A stretch of 64,000 nt of DNA from Chlorokybus atmophyticus (taxonomy: Eukaryota > Plantae > Mesostigma and Chlorokybus algae), in the NCBI GenBank assembly GCA_009103225.1, contig RHPI01001037.1, positions 1,484,551 to 1,548,550 of the forward strand, given 5' to 3'. Under the pieces are notes generated by a model. That model did no database searches. It was not told where the DNA came from and saw only the letters and a program-made list of their open reading frames with translations. This document shows, piece by piece, positions 49,347-61,164 of the stretch (positions are counted from its first letter, which is position 1; each line of letters opens with the position of its first letter). The position numbers and the translations under genes are program-made.

Positions 49347-52300
49347 TTAGAACGCTCTTACCGCTGGAGCAGGCTGGAATTGCGGCTTGGCTCCTGCAAC
49401 AGTGGGCTGCTTTGCCTGGGCTGAGCCTAGTAATTGAGGCGATGATGCCGATGAAGGCAACAACATCGCTGGCGCCACCGCCGGTGCCGGTGCCGCTGCA
49501 GCAGCCGCAGCGGCTTGTCTTTTTAGCCTATTCTTCTGTGCCTGCTCTTTCTTCTTCTGCTGCTTCTTCTCCTGGCGCTCGGCGGCGGCCTTCTCCTTCT
49601 CCTGCAGCTTCTGCTGCTTCATCTCAGCGCGCTGCTGCTTCACCTCGTCCTTTTTCTGCTGCCGCAAGTCCTTGGCAGCCTGCTTCTGCTGGAGCAACTG
49701 CCCCAACGCAAAACGGCACATAAACACAGGTAGCGATCGTTGTTGTATACATGGTATTCCAGTTGCTGTAAGGTGATCATGGCTTGAGACCCTCATAGCA
49801 GACAGGTGACTGGTGATTATTGCTGTTGTTGCATGTGTGACAAACAATTGCAGGGCAACATACACTGCCGAACCTGGATCTTGCGGGCATGCTTAATGTC
49901 TGGCGACATCATGATCATTGGCGAGGGGTGTGATGAGGGCGTGCTGACAGCAGGAGAAGGCGGCTGCACTAGAAGCTGCTGAACCTGCTGTTGCTGCTGC
50001 TGCTGAGCCAACGAGGCGGCTTTCCGCCCGAGCAGCGTCTTACCGGGCTTCTTGCGCTTGGCAACTTCAACACCTGCGGCTGATGCACACGAGCCCCTTT
50101 TATAGCATTACACAACAACTGCACACATACACTGTCTAGAACCCACTGAATTTTGTCAACTACTACGCACAACGCACCTGTGCTTGCTGCTGGTTTGGGT
50201 TCTGGCAATGAGGTTGCAGCAGCAGGCACTGGTTTGACAGCTGCTGCATCGGGTGAGAAAGCATGTGGCGCGTCATTCGCTACTCCTCCCGAGGCAGCCG
50301 TAGTAGCAGGTGCTGGAGTTTGCTTGACTGCCTCCATGGCAGCACAGCCATCTTGGTACAAGCCTAAACACAAACACATGTTGCTGGTTCGTGCACAGCT
50401 TTGATTACACACCATGGCCAACATAACCAACATGAACAGCATTAACACGCCCAATACCATACCTCCAACAAGAGCCCGCATGCGGTACCGTCGCAGGCAG
50501 TACACGTTGTTGACCAGCGCCAACGCGAGTCCCATCTCGTGGGTGTCCGTCGGGTCTTCAAAGTGATTCTTTGCGGGCCCGTATGTTGCGGCCTTGGAGA
50601 AGCCCGTGCCGGACTGCATCCCGGGGGACTGCCCTGCGCTCTTGGACGCCAGGAGAGCCCTCAACAAGGTACGGAACGGGTAGCGGCGATTCGGGATGGC
50701 TTCTTTCGCCTCGTCGGGATGAAACTTGCATGTGAGCGGCCTGTGAGATGATTGGACACTCCATCAGAAAAGTAGACACGCAACCAACAGACACACAAAC
50801 AACACATGCGCGCTCACGCACACAGTTGCTCACGCACACATAACATGCCTTCGACAATATGTTCCTGCGGTGTGGGTGAGGACTCCGCACACGTAGTCGA
50901 GCTCTTCCACAGAAGGAGGGTCGTACGGGTTGCCAGTAAACTTGACCTTCTTGCGCGGAAAGCCTGCCGTGCGCGCATTAACATGCAAGCACATAATCAA
51001 ACAAGTGCCATTGCTTCTCAACCCGAGCAAGCATGCATGCATGCAGCTGCTCACCTGCACCAGGTAGCTCTGTGCTGGGGGACTCAGCCTTGCCAATGTC
51101 CCCCACCTTCGCAGCTGGGAACCGCTTAACATGAGCCTTGCCTGCTTGCAACTCTTAAAGCAACACAGAAACAGCATATGAGTGTTACCGTACAGGTGTA
51201 CCTGCCTACCATAATCGTAGCAAACAAGTTGCATAGGACTCGTGTACTACAATGCCACCTGTTGGCGAAGGGCCTCCAGCGTTGCTTCCTCCTTCCATCC
51301 ACTGCGTCAATAGGGCACCAGCCGCCGAGGCTGTAGCAAGTGCAACAAGCATTGTTGGGACCATGCACCAACTGCAAAAAGACTGTCAAAGATATGTGTG
51401 TAGCTGGTACCTACGTCTACACTGCTTTTGTGTGGGGTGGGCAAACACAACACGCTGCAGCAGCAATGACTTCCAATCGGCAAGAGACTCATCAACGGCT
51501 GTGCCTCCTACGCAGGGTCATGGCATGGCAAGGAGCAGCGCGGCCATTGGACTCGGCTGACCCATTGGACCTGTGCCGACAACCTGCATCGCCTTGCAAA
51601 CCAAACACTGAGGTTTGATCCACACGCACCGACGCACACATTCACTCTCTGATGTGCAACTAACCTCCATCATAATCGATGCAACTGATTGAAAGTTCAA
51701 CTTCAATAATACCATACCAATAGAATCATCAACCCACTAACCAGGTCCTGCGGCTCCAGCTTTGCGCTTGCCCTTCTTCATCTGCGTCGCTTGTGAGGTT
51801 TGACCATGAGCCTCGTCCTCAGCCGCGGCGCCCAATGTAGTTGCGGCAGCGCTGTCATTCGCTCTATTACTACTCGCAGAGCAAACACCTGTACACAATG
51901 CATGGCCTCCTTGGTTTGAAAGACATGCAATGGAACGCATCAGAGTCACAGGTCCACCAGTTTAGCGCTTACGCTGATGTTCCATGAATCGGCTTGCAAC
52001 AAGCACTCGCCCGCACGCCTTGCAAGTCACCTGATGGGGTGAAAATTTATGTGAGTACACTGTTGGCAGCTTGTACCATCACATGCAAACACTCACCAAG
52101 CGCAATGGTTCTTCTGCTGGATGCTCTCCATATATGTCCATGTCTTCCGGTGGAAGCAAGTTGGGCTCGTCTGCTTCGGCCACTTCGCCCTCAATGCTTT
52201 GCGCAGCCGTATCCATCGCTTGTTCTTCTGTTAGATGAACATGAAGACAACATTCACATACATAGTGAGTTGCTTGCTTGCTATAATGACAACAACCGCA

Positions 52301-52383
52301 AGCAACTGACCTTTGCGCGTTAACAGCTCGGGTGCGGCCGCGCTGGCAATCCGAGCCCATCTGCTGTTTGATGACGGCTGCAT
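49347..52383 (-). CDS. SGF73: SGF73/ataxin-7 family SAGA deubiquitination-module subunit
   Basis: N-terminal zinc finger DMDIYGEHPAEEPLRL|VTCKACGRVLVASRFMEH resembles the ATXN7 FG.CPA.D.F.LV.C..C...V....F..H pattern. SCA7 domain ELDYVCGVLTHTAGTYCRR|PLTCKFH...KEAIPNRRYPFRTLL spans a GC-AG intron (50741-50848). A Q/K-rich coiled-coil tail ends at TAA 49347. The start MQPSSNSRWARIA at 52383 is inferred, with upstream exons read as 5'UTR. Confidence 0.82.
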
Positions 52384-54237
52384 GGCGGATAGTGCCGGTG
52401 AAGGCGGCCTGCATGCAATGCCAGAGTTGTGGTATGGCCACTGCCCTGTCTGAGACTGTAGTGTGGTCATCTTGATGACGATGAATGACGCACTCAGGAC
52501 GAGCACGCTCGCTCACCTTGGAGTCATCAATGAAGATGAAGGACCCAACCGCAATGACTTGTTCGTCGGCCAAAGGGATGGATGCCGTCAACAGGTGGCG
52601 AAGTCCAGCTGCCGGCACAGCTGGACGAAGTAAAAAACACAACAGACAAGCGTTGGTGTCCAAGCAGCACTGGAAGCGTAGACGTTGCAGTCGCTGACAG
52701 TACATCAACAGGCATCAACAAGCGTACTGCTGAGAACTACTCATGTCTGCCAGCTGATCACACCTCACCTCCGGTCTACACCGCGTGGCAGTTGCTTCAA
52801 AAGCTGTTGCAGCAACGACCTTCTCTTTCAACGACTTGGCTGCGTTTGAAGTGCAGACGGCAAGGCGTTTGGCTTGCTAGCCGCCCGCGCTATCTACTAG
52901 CATTTTCGGAGGCAGTTGGTTTCACTGGAAGCAACTGAACGCAAGTTAATTCAAGTCGCGCCAGGTAGCTAGCAACATCGCTTGCTTGCAAAGCTTCAGC
53001 AGCCTAGCACGCTCATGAGCTCAGATCAATTCGGCTTATCACTGCACTTCAATCTGCATATCAATGCATGCTTGCTTGCTTGCTTGATCAAGCTGCTGCT
53101 GCTGCTGCTGCTGCCTGGGAGATCACTTGCTTACACACAATCTTCTACTCTACCTGCACACTCCGCCTCCTCTTTCTGTGCGCGCCCTCACGGCGACAAC
53201 ACCCACAACCACGACACAATGACAACGATCAGCGTTACCGGCAACGACGCCCGCACACGATGTCGGCAGCTACGGCGAAGCCTGCACCACTTTCAGCTCT
53301 GTTGCAGTGCTGCTTATCATGTGCATGCGCAGAGCTGAGCAGGTAGGGTTTTACCCTTGCAGGCGGCGGCGGATGACGGAGGAAGAGGAGCTAGAGGCGG
53401 AGGCGGTAAGTGGTGTATGGAGACGGAGGCGGCAAGTGGTGCGTGGAGTACAAGTTGTGCGTGGCGAGGAGTGTAGCTTGATGGGCCGGCTAGGTAGTTG
53501 GTTGCAAGTGCTGCAGCTGCCACATGCACTTGGTGGGATCAGATTTGACTTTGACGTCATAGCTGGCTGCTTGGTTGGTTGGTTGGTTGCTGTGAAAAAG
53601 TGTGCTTTGCTGGGTGCGCAGCAAGGTTAGTCGCAATCGGGCACCTGATTTGGGCTTCGCTTCTGGCCAGCAGTTAGTATGTAGCTGGTCCGGTTTGGCT
53701 CCTTGGTGTGGATCAGGGTCTCCAGTTAGTCTGCGTGTGGGTGCAACAATTGCAGCTGCCACCCGCGACTGATGTGTCGTCTCAGTGAAAATTTATCTTT
53801 AAGACCAACCCCAAGTTTACCATCTCATAAGGAAATGCTCAATTTGGTAAGTGCGTAGAAGATTTGCCAAACACTGGCGTATTGACATACACTGGCGTAT
53901 AGGGACACAGCAACCGTACGCATATCCAGTATGCACGCATCATGGGAGTTGCATGCCTTGCACAGCTTTTCTAAGAGTGCACTACCTTTCATGCACACAG
54001 CGTTGCGGCAGATGTAACAACTTTGTATATTGTCAAGCATACGCATTGCACTGGCTTGAGGCAGCACATGCAGAGTTGGGCTGAATGAGTGAGAATGAAG
54101 CCGCAACTCCATTAGTCCAATACTTTTGGGATATAATTATGCATATAGCTAAATCTTGACCTACTACTAGCGCGCAATAGCAACGGTTGATTTGTCATGA
54201 AACCACCACTAGCACAAGCCTACAAAACACCACCCGG

Positions 54238-56843
54238 CTACAAGTACTGAATGTCCGCCTGGCTGATTAGAAATGCAGGGACCTCAGCCATCTTCAGCCC
54301 TTGTTCTCTTGCAACCTGCAACATGCATTGTGTGTGTTGGTTTGGTATTGCTGGCGAGATTCGCACATGCGTGCGCACAATTTTGCACTATTTTCTGCCT
54401 TACAACCAACAAACTAAGCTCGTTATGCGGCGGTGCTAAGCTCGCAGTGACAAAGGGATTTGTCCTTACCTCTTCCTGGATCAGGTTCCACGTGAAGTCT
54501 GCTAAAGACTTCTCGCCAAACTTTGCCCAGCTGACTGACTTCACAACCTAAGTAAACGAGAACAAGGAAAGATCTTGTTGGTGAACAATGGCAATCAATG
54601 GTCAGCACTCCAGTCTTAATCAACACATATCAACCCCAAAATCAGCGTGGGCCAGCTGCTGACTGTTACCTTGTCCGTATCCGCACGGGACGTCTCCAGC
54701 AAAACCTTCCTAATCTCCACCAGTGCGGCCTCATCAGACTTGCGCTGAGCTTCAGTTTGGAACGCCGCTTCAAGTGCAGCTCTGCGGCAGCCAGCAAAGT
54801 CACAAATGTCACAAGCAATCGCTCTGCAAGGACACGCAAGATGACATCTTGCGTCATACCACACGGCATGACAACAAACCTCTGCTCTTCCAGCGGGCGC
54901 GAATCAGCCGTGACTAGTTCCTTCTTGGCAATCTCATGCACAGTCAGGGTGAACCGAGCCCTATGTGACATAATCAGACATTGTCACTCTCAGAGTTTTG
55001 CTAATTTGAAGGCGAACAAGATCAAACAATGGGCACTCACTTCATGTTGCGCAGCGCTGGTGCCTTGAAATCTGACGGAAACTGCATAGTAAATGTCTTC
55101 GTCTCTTCCTGTGGGCAATCACACCATACCATGTGGTAAAGGCTCGGGAATCAGTGCACCTTGCCACACAGTTTCTGTACAGGTTTAGGTGTTGGATGCA
55201 AGCAATGACTACAAGTGATGTATCTATCTTGGCCTCTCCTTGGCGGGCAAGCAGGATAGCGAACACTAAACGTTGCTGACCAACCACAAGCTATGGCTGT
55301 CTTGCAAACTACTGCGCACTCACCTGTCCCATACCCTTTTGGACAATGTTCTCTACAAATGACCTCCACGGCTCATCTGTGCGCTCCTGCATTACAGTTG
55401 AGTCACTTGGTGTAGTGTGACTGAGTGCTGGAACTCATCCACCAGAGGCAATGGAAAAACAAATATTAAGCGCGTCGTACCTGTATGTCCAGCTCGTACA
55501 TGTTGGCCTTCGTGCCAGGTATCTCCTGACCTGCCTTCTCGCCTTCAGCGTATACGCCCTTGAAGCTCACTTTCACCTGGTGACAGTTATGGGTTGCAAC
55601 ATAATCAGCTACATACAGCAACACAGTCACAGTAGCATAATCACAAACAGCGAGCGAGGTACTCACCGTGTGACCAATCTTGGCACCGGATCCGGTGAAG
55701 TTGACCCTCACCAAGTTGTACTTCTTGTCCTGTTTGGCCTTGAGCGCCTGCACAAACATGCATAACAAGGTGCGTGACCACCCGAGTGGCATTTTCTGAA
55801 TGTTAGCATGTATCAGGCACAGAACCTTGGTAAGCTGACCTTGTCCACCTCTGCTTGATCAACCTGCAGAGCACAAGTTGCATAGCACTGGTTCAGCAAG
55901 TGCACGCAAATCACGCACTGCCGGGACATCACTGCAACCCTCGTGCTTTGCTAGCCTCATAAACGGTCTGTGTGTGCGCGTGTCTGCCCCATATGTAACG
56001 ACCGACACTGCTTATTGCATGCTTGCCTCCTTTGGCTTTGGGACTCGCACGGTGATGGCCTTGTCAAGATACGGTCCGAGCACAAGCTCCACCTTTTGGG
56101 TAGTCCGGCCACGGGACCATTGGTTCGTCTCCTCCTCCTTCAAGGCAGAGCAGCTCACATGCGCTCTCTCACGCGGTTGCCGCTTGTTGTGTGCATTGCG
56201 AAGCTGCAAAGCGCACACAAACATGGTTCCGTCGTGCACGCACATTCGACCATGCATGTGTGTTGAACATGTACTACGCACACGCGCGGTACCGCATATA
56301 GCCCGTGTGTACTCATAATGTTGTTGCTCGGTGATAAACCTTCCATAACGCAACCTGAGTTTCGCACACACACCGGACGTATCTAGAAACGAAATGAACC
56401 CACGGTCTGTGCATGCATTGCTAGCTCGAGTTCACAAGCAAGGAGAAAGTGCCAGTCTGTGCATGGCGTGACCAAAACCAAGTCTGCGGGATGGCATGCA
56501 GCATGTGAGGACCAGAAAAGCTGTGGTCCACTGCACACATTGGAAAGTTGTTCTGACGGCAATAGGAGCACGGGCATACGATGTTGCAAAGCAGGGTTGA
56601 GCAGCTTCAGCTGGCATGCAGCTGGCATCCTGTCTGATCGTGCATGATTCGGACAGGATGCCAGTCGCATGCTAGTAGTGTGCCGAATGCACCAACCTTG
56701 ACGCTTCGGCTTTCAACCCGGCCGCCAGCTACAATGCCAGCAGCGCTTGCAATGCGGCGACTACTGCTTTCCACCGCATGCCCTGCGGCCCATCCCGGTT
56801 GCGTAGTCCCACCCACCAACACCACCGCCGCCGCCGCCGCCAT
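54238..56843 (-). CDS. Trigger-factor-like protein, probably plastid-targeted: FKBP-type PPIase domain plus short C-terminal part, no ribosome-binding domain seen
   Basis: An Ala/Ser/Arg-rich presequence ending near HVSCSA is followed by in-phase exons VELVLGPYLDKAITVRVPKPKE|VDQAEVDK|ALKAKQDK...AKIGHT|VKVSFKGVY...ANMYELDIQ|...GMGQ|EETKTFTMQFPSDFKAPALRNMK|ARFTLTVHEIAKKEL...|...ADIQYL*. This follows the trigger-factor linker and PPIase pattern. Exon 2 of the presequence is unresolved. Confidence 0.8.
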
Positions 56844-56866
56844 TGCGCCTGCACGCCTCTGCCAGA

Positions 56867-56875
56867 TTAGGGTTT
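56867..56875 (-). promoter_or_regulatory. Telo-box (AAACCCTAA) ~25 nt upstream of the trigger-factor-like ATG
   Basis: Exact motif. A related AAACCCTA lies at 53344-53351 in the SGF73 5' region. Confidence 0.4.
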
Positions 56876-57912
56876 TCTTTGTCAAGTCTATGTAGGCACA
56901 TCGTAACAGGTGGTAAGGGTCCATTCGCCGTTTGTAATTGTTCCCGGTCCTTTTGCTTTGACGGGGGGCTAAGCGGGCAGATATGCCCTCCGTCTCAGCA
57001 ACGGAGGAAAGTTTTACACTCAACCTAACCGTCCGTTACATGTTACAGTCACTGCCCTCACCCACAACGATGCAGTGTAGGTCCGTTTCAAAGCTTCCCG
57101 CTGTTAGACAAACGGGAGGTCTTGGGTTCCGGCTTCTAACGGAGAGCCAAACGGCAAGTGCAAATGCGACTTGCAGTTCAAAAGCTTCCGGTAGAAGGTG
57201 CCTGATAAACGGGATGAAGGCCGGAAAACGGCAAGCGAGTGGGCCATTCAGGTTTGATTAGCATCTGTTTGTTTTGACCAGGGTTCTGGCAAGCACGTGC
57301 GAGGCGCACGTGGCAGCCGGAGGGGAGTCTGCCGGGATGGCAAAGGCTTGTGGTGCGTTGACATGCGCTGAAACGCATGCAGGTCGTGTAGTGCTATCGG
57401 GCGACATTACGGCAGCAAGTTGCTGCCGTAATGTCCAGCCACTGCGCATAAGGGGGGCCAGTCAGTCAGTCGAGGCGTCGCTGTTGTCGTCGTCGTCGTT
57501 GCTGGCATCCACTGATGCTGAGACTTCCGGCCTGACGCCACACCTGAGCAGGTGGTTGCACCTTGGTCTGCCTTGCCCTGTCTCATGCCTGCTTGCCTAC
57601 CTCATATAACCTGCGTGTTTTGGTCGTAGTGCTAGTAGCGTTATCAGTCCTAGCGCTGGTCTGCGCCCCCCCGCCCCCCCCTCCCTCTGTTGTTATACCA
57701 TTGCTCGTGTGTTTGCTTGCACGCCTTTGCACCTTTTGCACTCAATTGCTTTGTATAGCTTGCATGCATGTTCCCAGGTCTGGTAAGTCTGCTGTCTGAG
57801 CAGTCAAGTCTGAGCATGGAGTAAATCTTATGCGTGCGCTTGCACTGTTCTTGTAGAATTGTGGGGGACCGTGGCAACCAAAGAAGCCACGAAGACTGCC
57901 TCCGGACAAAGC

Positions 57913-60072
57913 ATGGTCACCATTGGCGATGTTGTAGATTTTTCAGTGGAACTCATCCTCAAGGTCATCTTCTTGGAGGCATCCTTTTTCGTGCTTGTAG
58001 AGTTCGCTGTGCCTCTCCTCAAGTCGCTCCTTGTGCATTTGGATGCCCTGAGGCTGTCTAAAGCCGCCAGCATACCCCAGCTGGTCGAGCGGCTTAGTTC
58101 CGGCACGGAGTACGGCAAGGCTCGGGCTGCACACGCACTGACCATTCTTTCATACAAAATTGATGCTGAGAGCAGCCGCCTGATCCGCGAGGCCGGCGGC
58201 ATACCCCCGCTAATCGCACTGCTGCGGTCCGGCACGGACGACGGCAAGGCTCATGCTGCATCCGCACTGGCCAATCTTATGCATGATGATGCAGAGAGCA
58301 TGCGCCTAATCCTCGAGGGCGGCGGCATACCCCCGCTGATCGCGCTGCTGCGGTCCGGCACGGATTATGGCAAGGCTCACGCTGCACTTGCACTGGCCAA
58401 TATTGCATCTGTTGCAGAGCATGGACCCCTAATCCGCCAGGCTGGGGGCATACCCCCACTGATCGTGCTGATGCGGTCCAGCACAGCGATTGGTAAGCTT
58501 AAGGCTTGGGCTGCAGGCTCAGCAGCTGATGCTCAGGCTTGGGCTGCAGGCGCACTAGCCAATGTTGCACGCGATGATGTAGAGAGCAGAGACCTGATTC
58601 GCGAGGCCGGTGGTATACCCCTGCTAATCGCACTGCTGCGGTCTGGCACAGACCTTGCCAAGGCTTGGGCTGCAGGCGCACTAATCAGTGTCGCATACGA
58701 CGATCGCATGAGCAAGCACCTGATACGCGAGGCCGGCGGCATACCCCAGCTGGTCGCGCTGCTGCGGTCCGGCACAGACCTTGCCAAGGCTTGTGCTGCA
58801 GCCGCACTGGGCAATGTTGCGATGGAACATGCAGAAAGCAGGCACCTGATCCGCCAGGTTGGCGGCATACCCGCGCTGGTCGCGCTGCTGCGGTCTGGCA
58901 CGGACAATGGCAAGGCTCATGCTGCAGGCGCACTGGCCAATGTTGCAAAAGAAGATGAACACCTGATCCGGCAGGCTGGCGCCATACCCCCACTAGTTGC
59001 GCTGCTGCGGTCCGGCACGGACAATGGCCAGGCTCATGCTGCAGGCGCACTGGCCAATGTTGCAAGGGATGCTCAGGCTTGGGCTGCAGCCGCACTAGGC
59101 AATGTTGCAGACAATGATGTAGAGAGCAGAGGCCTGATCCGCGAGGCCGGTGGTATACCCCTGCTGATCGCGCTGCTGCGGTCCGGCACAGACCTTGCCA
59201 AGGCTTATGCTGCAGGCGCACTGATCAGTGTCGCATATGACGATCGCATAAGCAAGCACCTGATACGCGAGGCCGGCGGCATACCCCTGCTGGTCGCGCT
59301 GCTGCGGTCCGGCACAGACCTTGCCAAGGCTTATGCTGCAGCCGCACTGGGCAATGTTGCAAGGGAACATGCAGAAAGCAGGCACCTGATCCGCCAGGTT
59401 GGCGGCATACCCGCGCTGGTCGCGCTGCTGCGGTCTGGCACGAACAGCGGCAAGGCTTCAGCTGCACATGCATTGTCCATGGTTGCAAAAGAAGATGAAC
59501 ACCTGATCCGACAGGCTGGCGCCATACCTCCACTAGTTGCGCTGCTGCGGTCCGGCACGGACGACGGCAAGGCTCATGCTGCATCCGCACTGGCCAATCT
59601 TATGAATGATGATGCAGAGAGCATGCGTTTAATCCGCGAGGCCGGTGGCATACCCCCGCTGATCGCGCTGCTGCAGTCCGGCACGGATGATGGCAAGGCT
59701 CACGCTGCAGGCGCACTGGCCAATGTTGCAAGGGATGCAGAGAGCACTCACTTGATCCGTGCGGCTGGCGGCATAATCGCGCTAGTCGAGCTGCTTCGTT
59801 CCGGCAGAAATGATGACAAGGAACATGCTGCACTGGCGCCGGCCAGGCTTGCATCTAGCGATACAGAGAGCAGACGCCTGATTCGCGAGGCCGGCGGCAT
59901 ACCTTTGCTGGTTGAGTTAGCTGGAGCTGACACGACATCAATTGCCGCAATGGCATTAAGAATGTTGGCTGTCGACGCGGAATGCCAAGAAGAGATTCAA
60001 GCCTTGTATGCAAGCCTTCTGATTATGGGCTTTGGAATATGTTGTGAGAGGTGGAAGAGAGAGACATTGTGA
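57913..60072 (+). CDS. Armadillo-repeat protein (~15 repeats) with a single coding exon
   Basis: The frame is open from 57859, an acceptor lies at 57856 and the first ATG is 57913. Tandem ~42 aa units read LIREAGGIPPLIALLRSGTD.GKA.AA.ALANVA. The N-terminal segment is hydrophobic, and the stop is TGA 60072. Confidence 0.9.
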   Translation: MVTIGDVVDFSVELILKVIFLEASFFVLVEFAVPLLKSLLVHLDALRLSKAASIPQLVERLSSGTEYGKARAAHALTILSYKIDAESSRLIREAGGIPPLIALLRSGTDDGKAHAASALANLMHDDAESMRLILEGGGIPPLIALLRSGTDYGKAHAALALANIASVAEHGPLIRQAGGIPPLIVLMRSSTAIGKLKAWAAGSAADAQAWAAGALANVARDDVESRDLIREAGGIPLLIALLRSGTDLAKAWAAGALISVAYDDRMSKHLIREAGGIPQLVALLRSGTDLAKACAAAALGNVAMEHAESRHLIRQVGGIPALVALLRSGTDNGKAHAAGALANVAKEDEHLIRQAGAIPPLVALLRSGTDNGQAHAAGALANVARDAQAWAAAALGNVADNDVESRGLIREAGGIPLLIALLRSGTDLAKAYAAGALISVAYDDRISKHLIREAGGIPLLVALLRSGTDLAKAYAAAALGNVAREHAESRHLIRQVGGIPALVALLRSGTNSGKASAAHALSMVAKEDEHLIRQAGAIPPLVALLRSGTDDGKAHAASALANLMNDDAESMRLIREAGGIPPLIALLQSGTDDGKAHAAGALANVARDAESTHLIRAAGGIIALVELLRSGRNDDKEHAALAPARLASSDTESRRLIREAGGIPLLVELAGADTTSIAAMALRMLAVDAECQEEIQALYASLLIMGFGICCERWKRETL
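58528..59600 (+). repeat. Near-identical 540 bp intragenic duplication within the ARM array
   Basis: GATGCTCAGGCTTGGGCTGCAG starts at both 58528 and 59068, with closely matching downstream sequence. The block at ~58220 recurs at ~59540. Confidence 0.85.
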
Positions 60073-60702
60073 GAAGTTCAAGTTGTCGTCAAGCTTTGTG
60101 AACATTCGGCCAAACTACTAGCGGAATAGTTTGCATAGCCATTACACCTAGGTTGGCCGCACCCTTATTGCATAGCAATAATGCACTTGGGTCACGCGCA
60201 AAATCCTCGGAACATCACCTTTGCACTAGCACATGTTGTTGAAGGACACGGTTGCATAAGCATAATTGATGACCTGACTTGAGAGACACAAGGGTTGTGA
60301 GGAACTCTCATGCTAATCCAGCAGCCTACAACAGCTGCACAACCCAACCCGCGCATGGCAGCAGCACGACACGAACCAAAGCCAGCCAACGACCAAGATT
60401 GTCCACAACTTCATTGATGAAAACACTACTTGCTGCCAATGCAAGCAAATACACGTTTTACACACTGTCTAGTCAAACAAAGCACCCAGCATGCCAAAAC
60501 AGCGTACTTGCGCTATGCGCGTTAGAGCAAGGGGTATATACACGACATATTGACAAGCGCAATCGTCTAGGACTAATGGCAAAGCCTCCTGCTTAGATTC
60601 AGATCGCTACCATCCATGCGCATAGATTGACAAAAGTGCGCTTGTGTACCTTCATGAGTCAAGACGGCCACACACACCAACGGAGGGTAAGGGTAAACTG
60701 CC

Positions 60703-61050
60703 TCTATGTTACTGAGTGGTTGGCCTTCCCCTCGAGTCGCTGTTCTCTCCGGCTGGTTCTCCGCGTCCAGCGGCTGTATGTATTGCGACATGATGGCGCA
60801 GGTCTCCGAGTCCATATACTGGCGGAGGCGGTACTTGTACACGGCATAGCCTGCACCGGCCAACACCGCCAGGCAGGCCAGCACAATAGCCGTCACGCCA
60901 ACCGCCCATTCCGCCAGAGTCTGAACCACACTTGTCCTGCCCGACAAAGCAAACAGAGTGAGATTGTAGCTGACAGTTTCAGCAAGTAACGGCTGCAGGC
61001 CATGCTTAACAAGCTGCGATGTTACACTGCTCCGCTCTTGCAGGAACACT
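60703..61050 (-). pseudogene. Duplicated, decayed 3' fragment of the VSR gene (last EGF piece, TM helix and tail)
   Basis: Paralogous to 62950-63290. It shows TAC>TAA in CSCKSGAV*, donor gtaagc>ttaagc, a 2 nt deletion before the TM helix and loss of the stop codon (TAG>GAG). 3'UTR homology continues to ~60290 versus ~62540. Confidence 0.85.
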
Positions 61051-61164
61051 TGATGTGCACCTGCTCAGCAAGCAATCCAATCACTGGCATCCTTCTGGAT
61101 CTGCTTGTCTAACCTCAGGTTTCATAACATTGCAGTACGCCAAGAGACTCTCCATAACAACACT

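Noticed and set aside
52527-52708. Minus-strand reading RHLLTASIPLADEQVIAVGSFIFIDDSK as an upstream coding exon of SGF73
   Set aside because: Its phase-0 donor leads into a frame that stops before the zinc finger, so it was treated as probable 5'UTR.
53259-53410. Plus-strand mini-ORFs (MSAATAKPAP..., MTEEEELEAEA followed by gtaagt) suggesting a separate gene
   Set aside because: No downstream plus-strand exons could be joined. The region reads better as the pyrimidine-rich 5'UTR and first intron of the minus-strand SGF73 gene.
58150-59900. Regularly spaced DNA repeats resembling a CRISPR-like array
   Set aside because: The repeats are in-frame ARM codons with no unique spacers and no cas genes, in a eukaryotic context.
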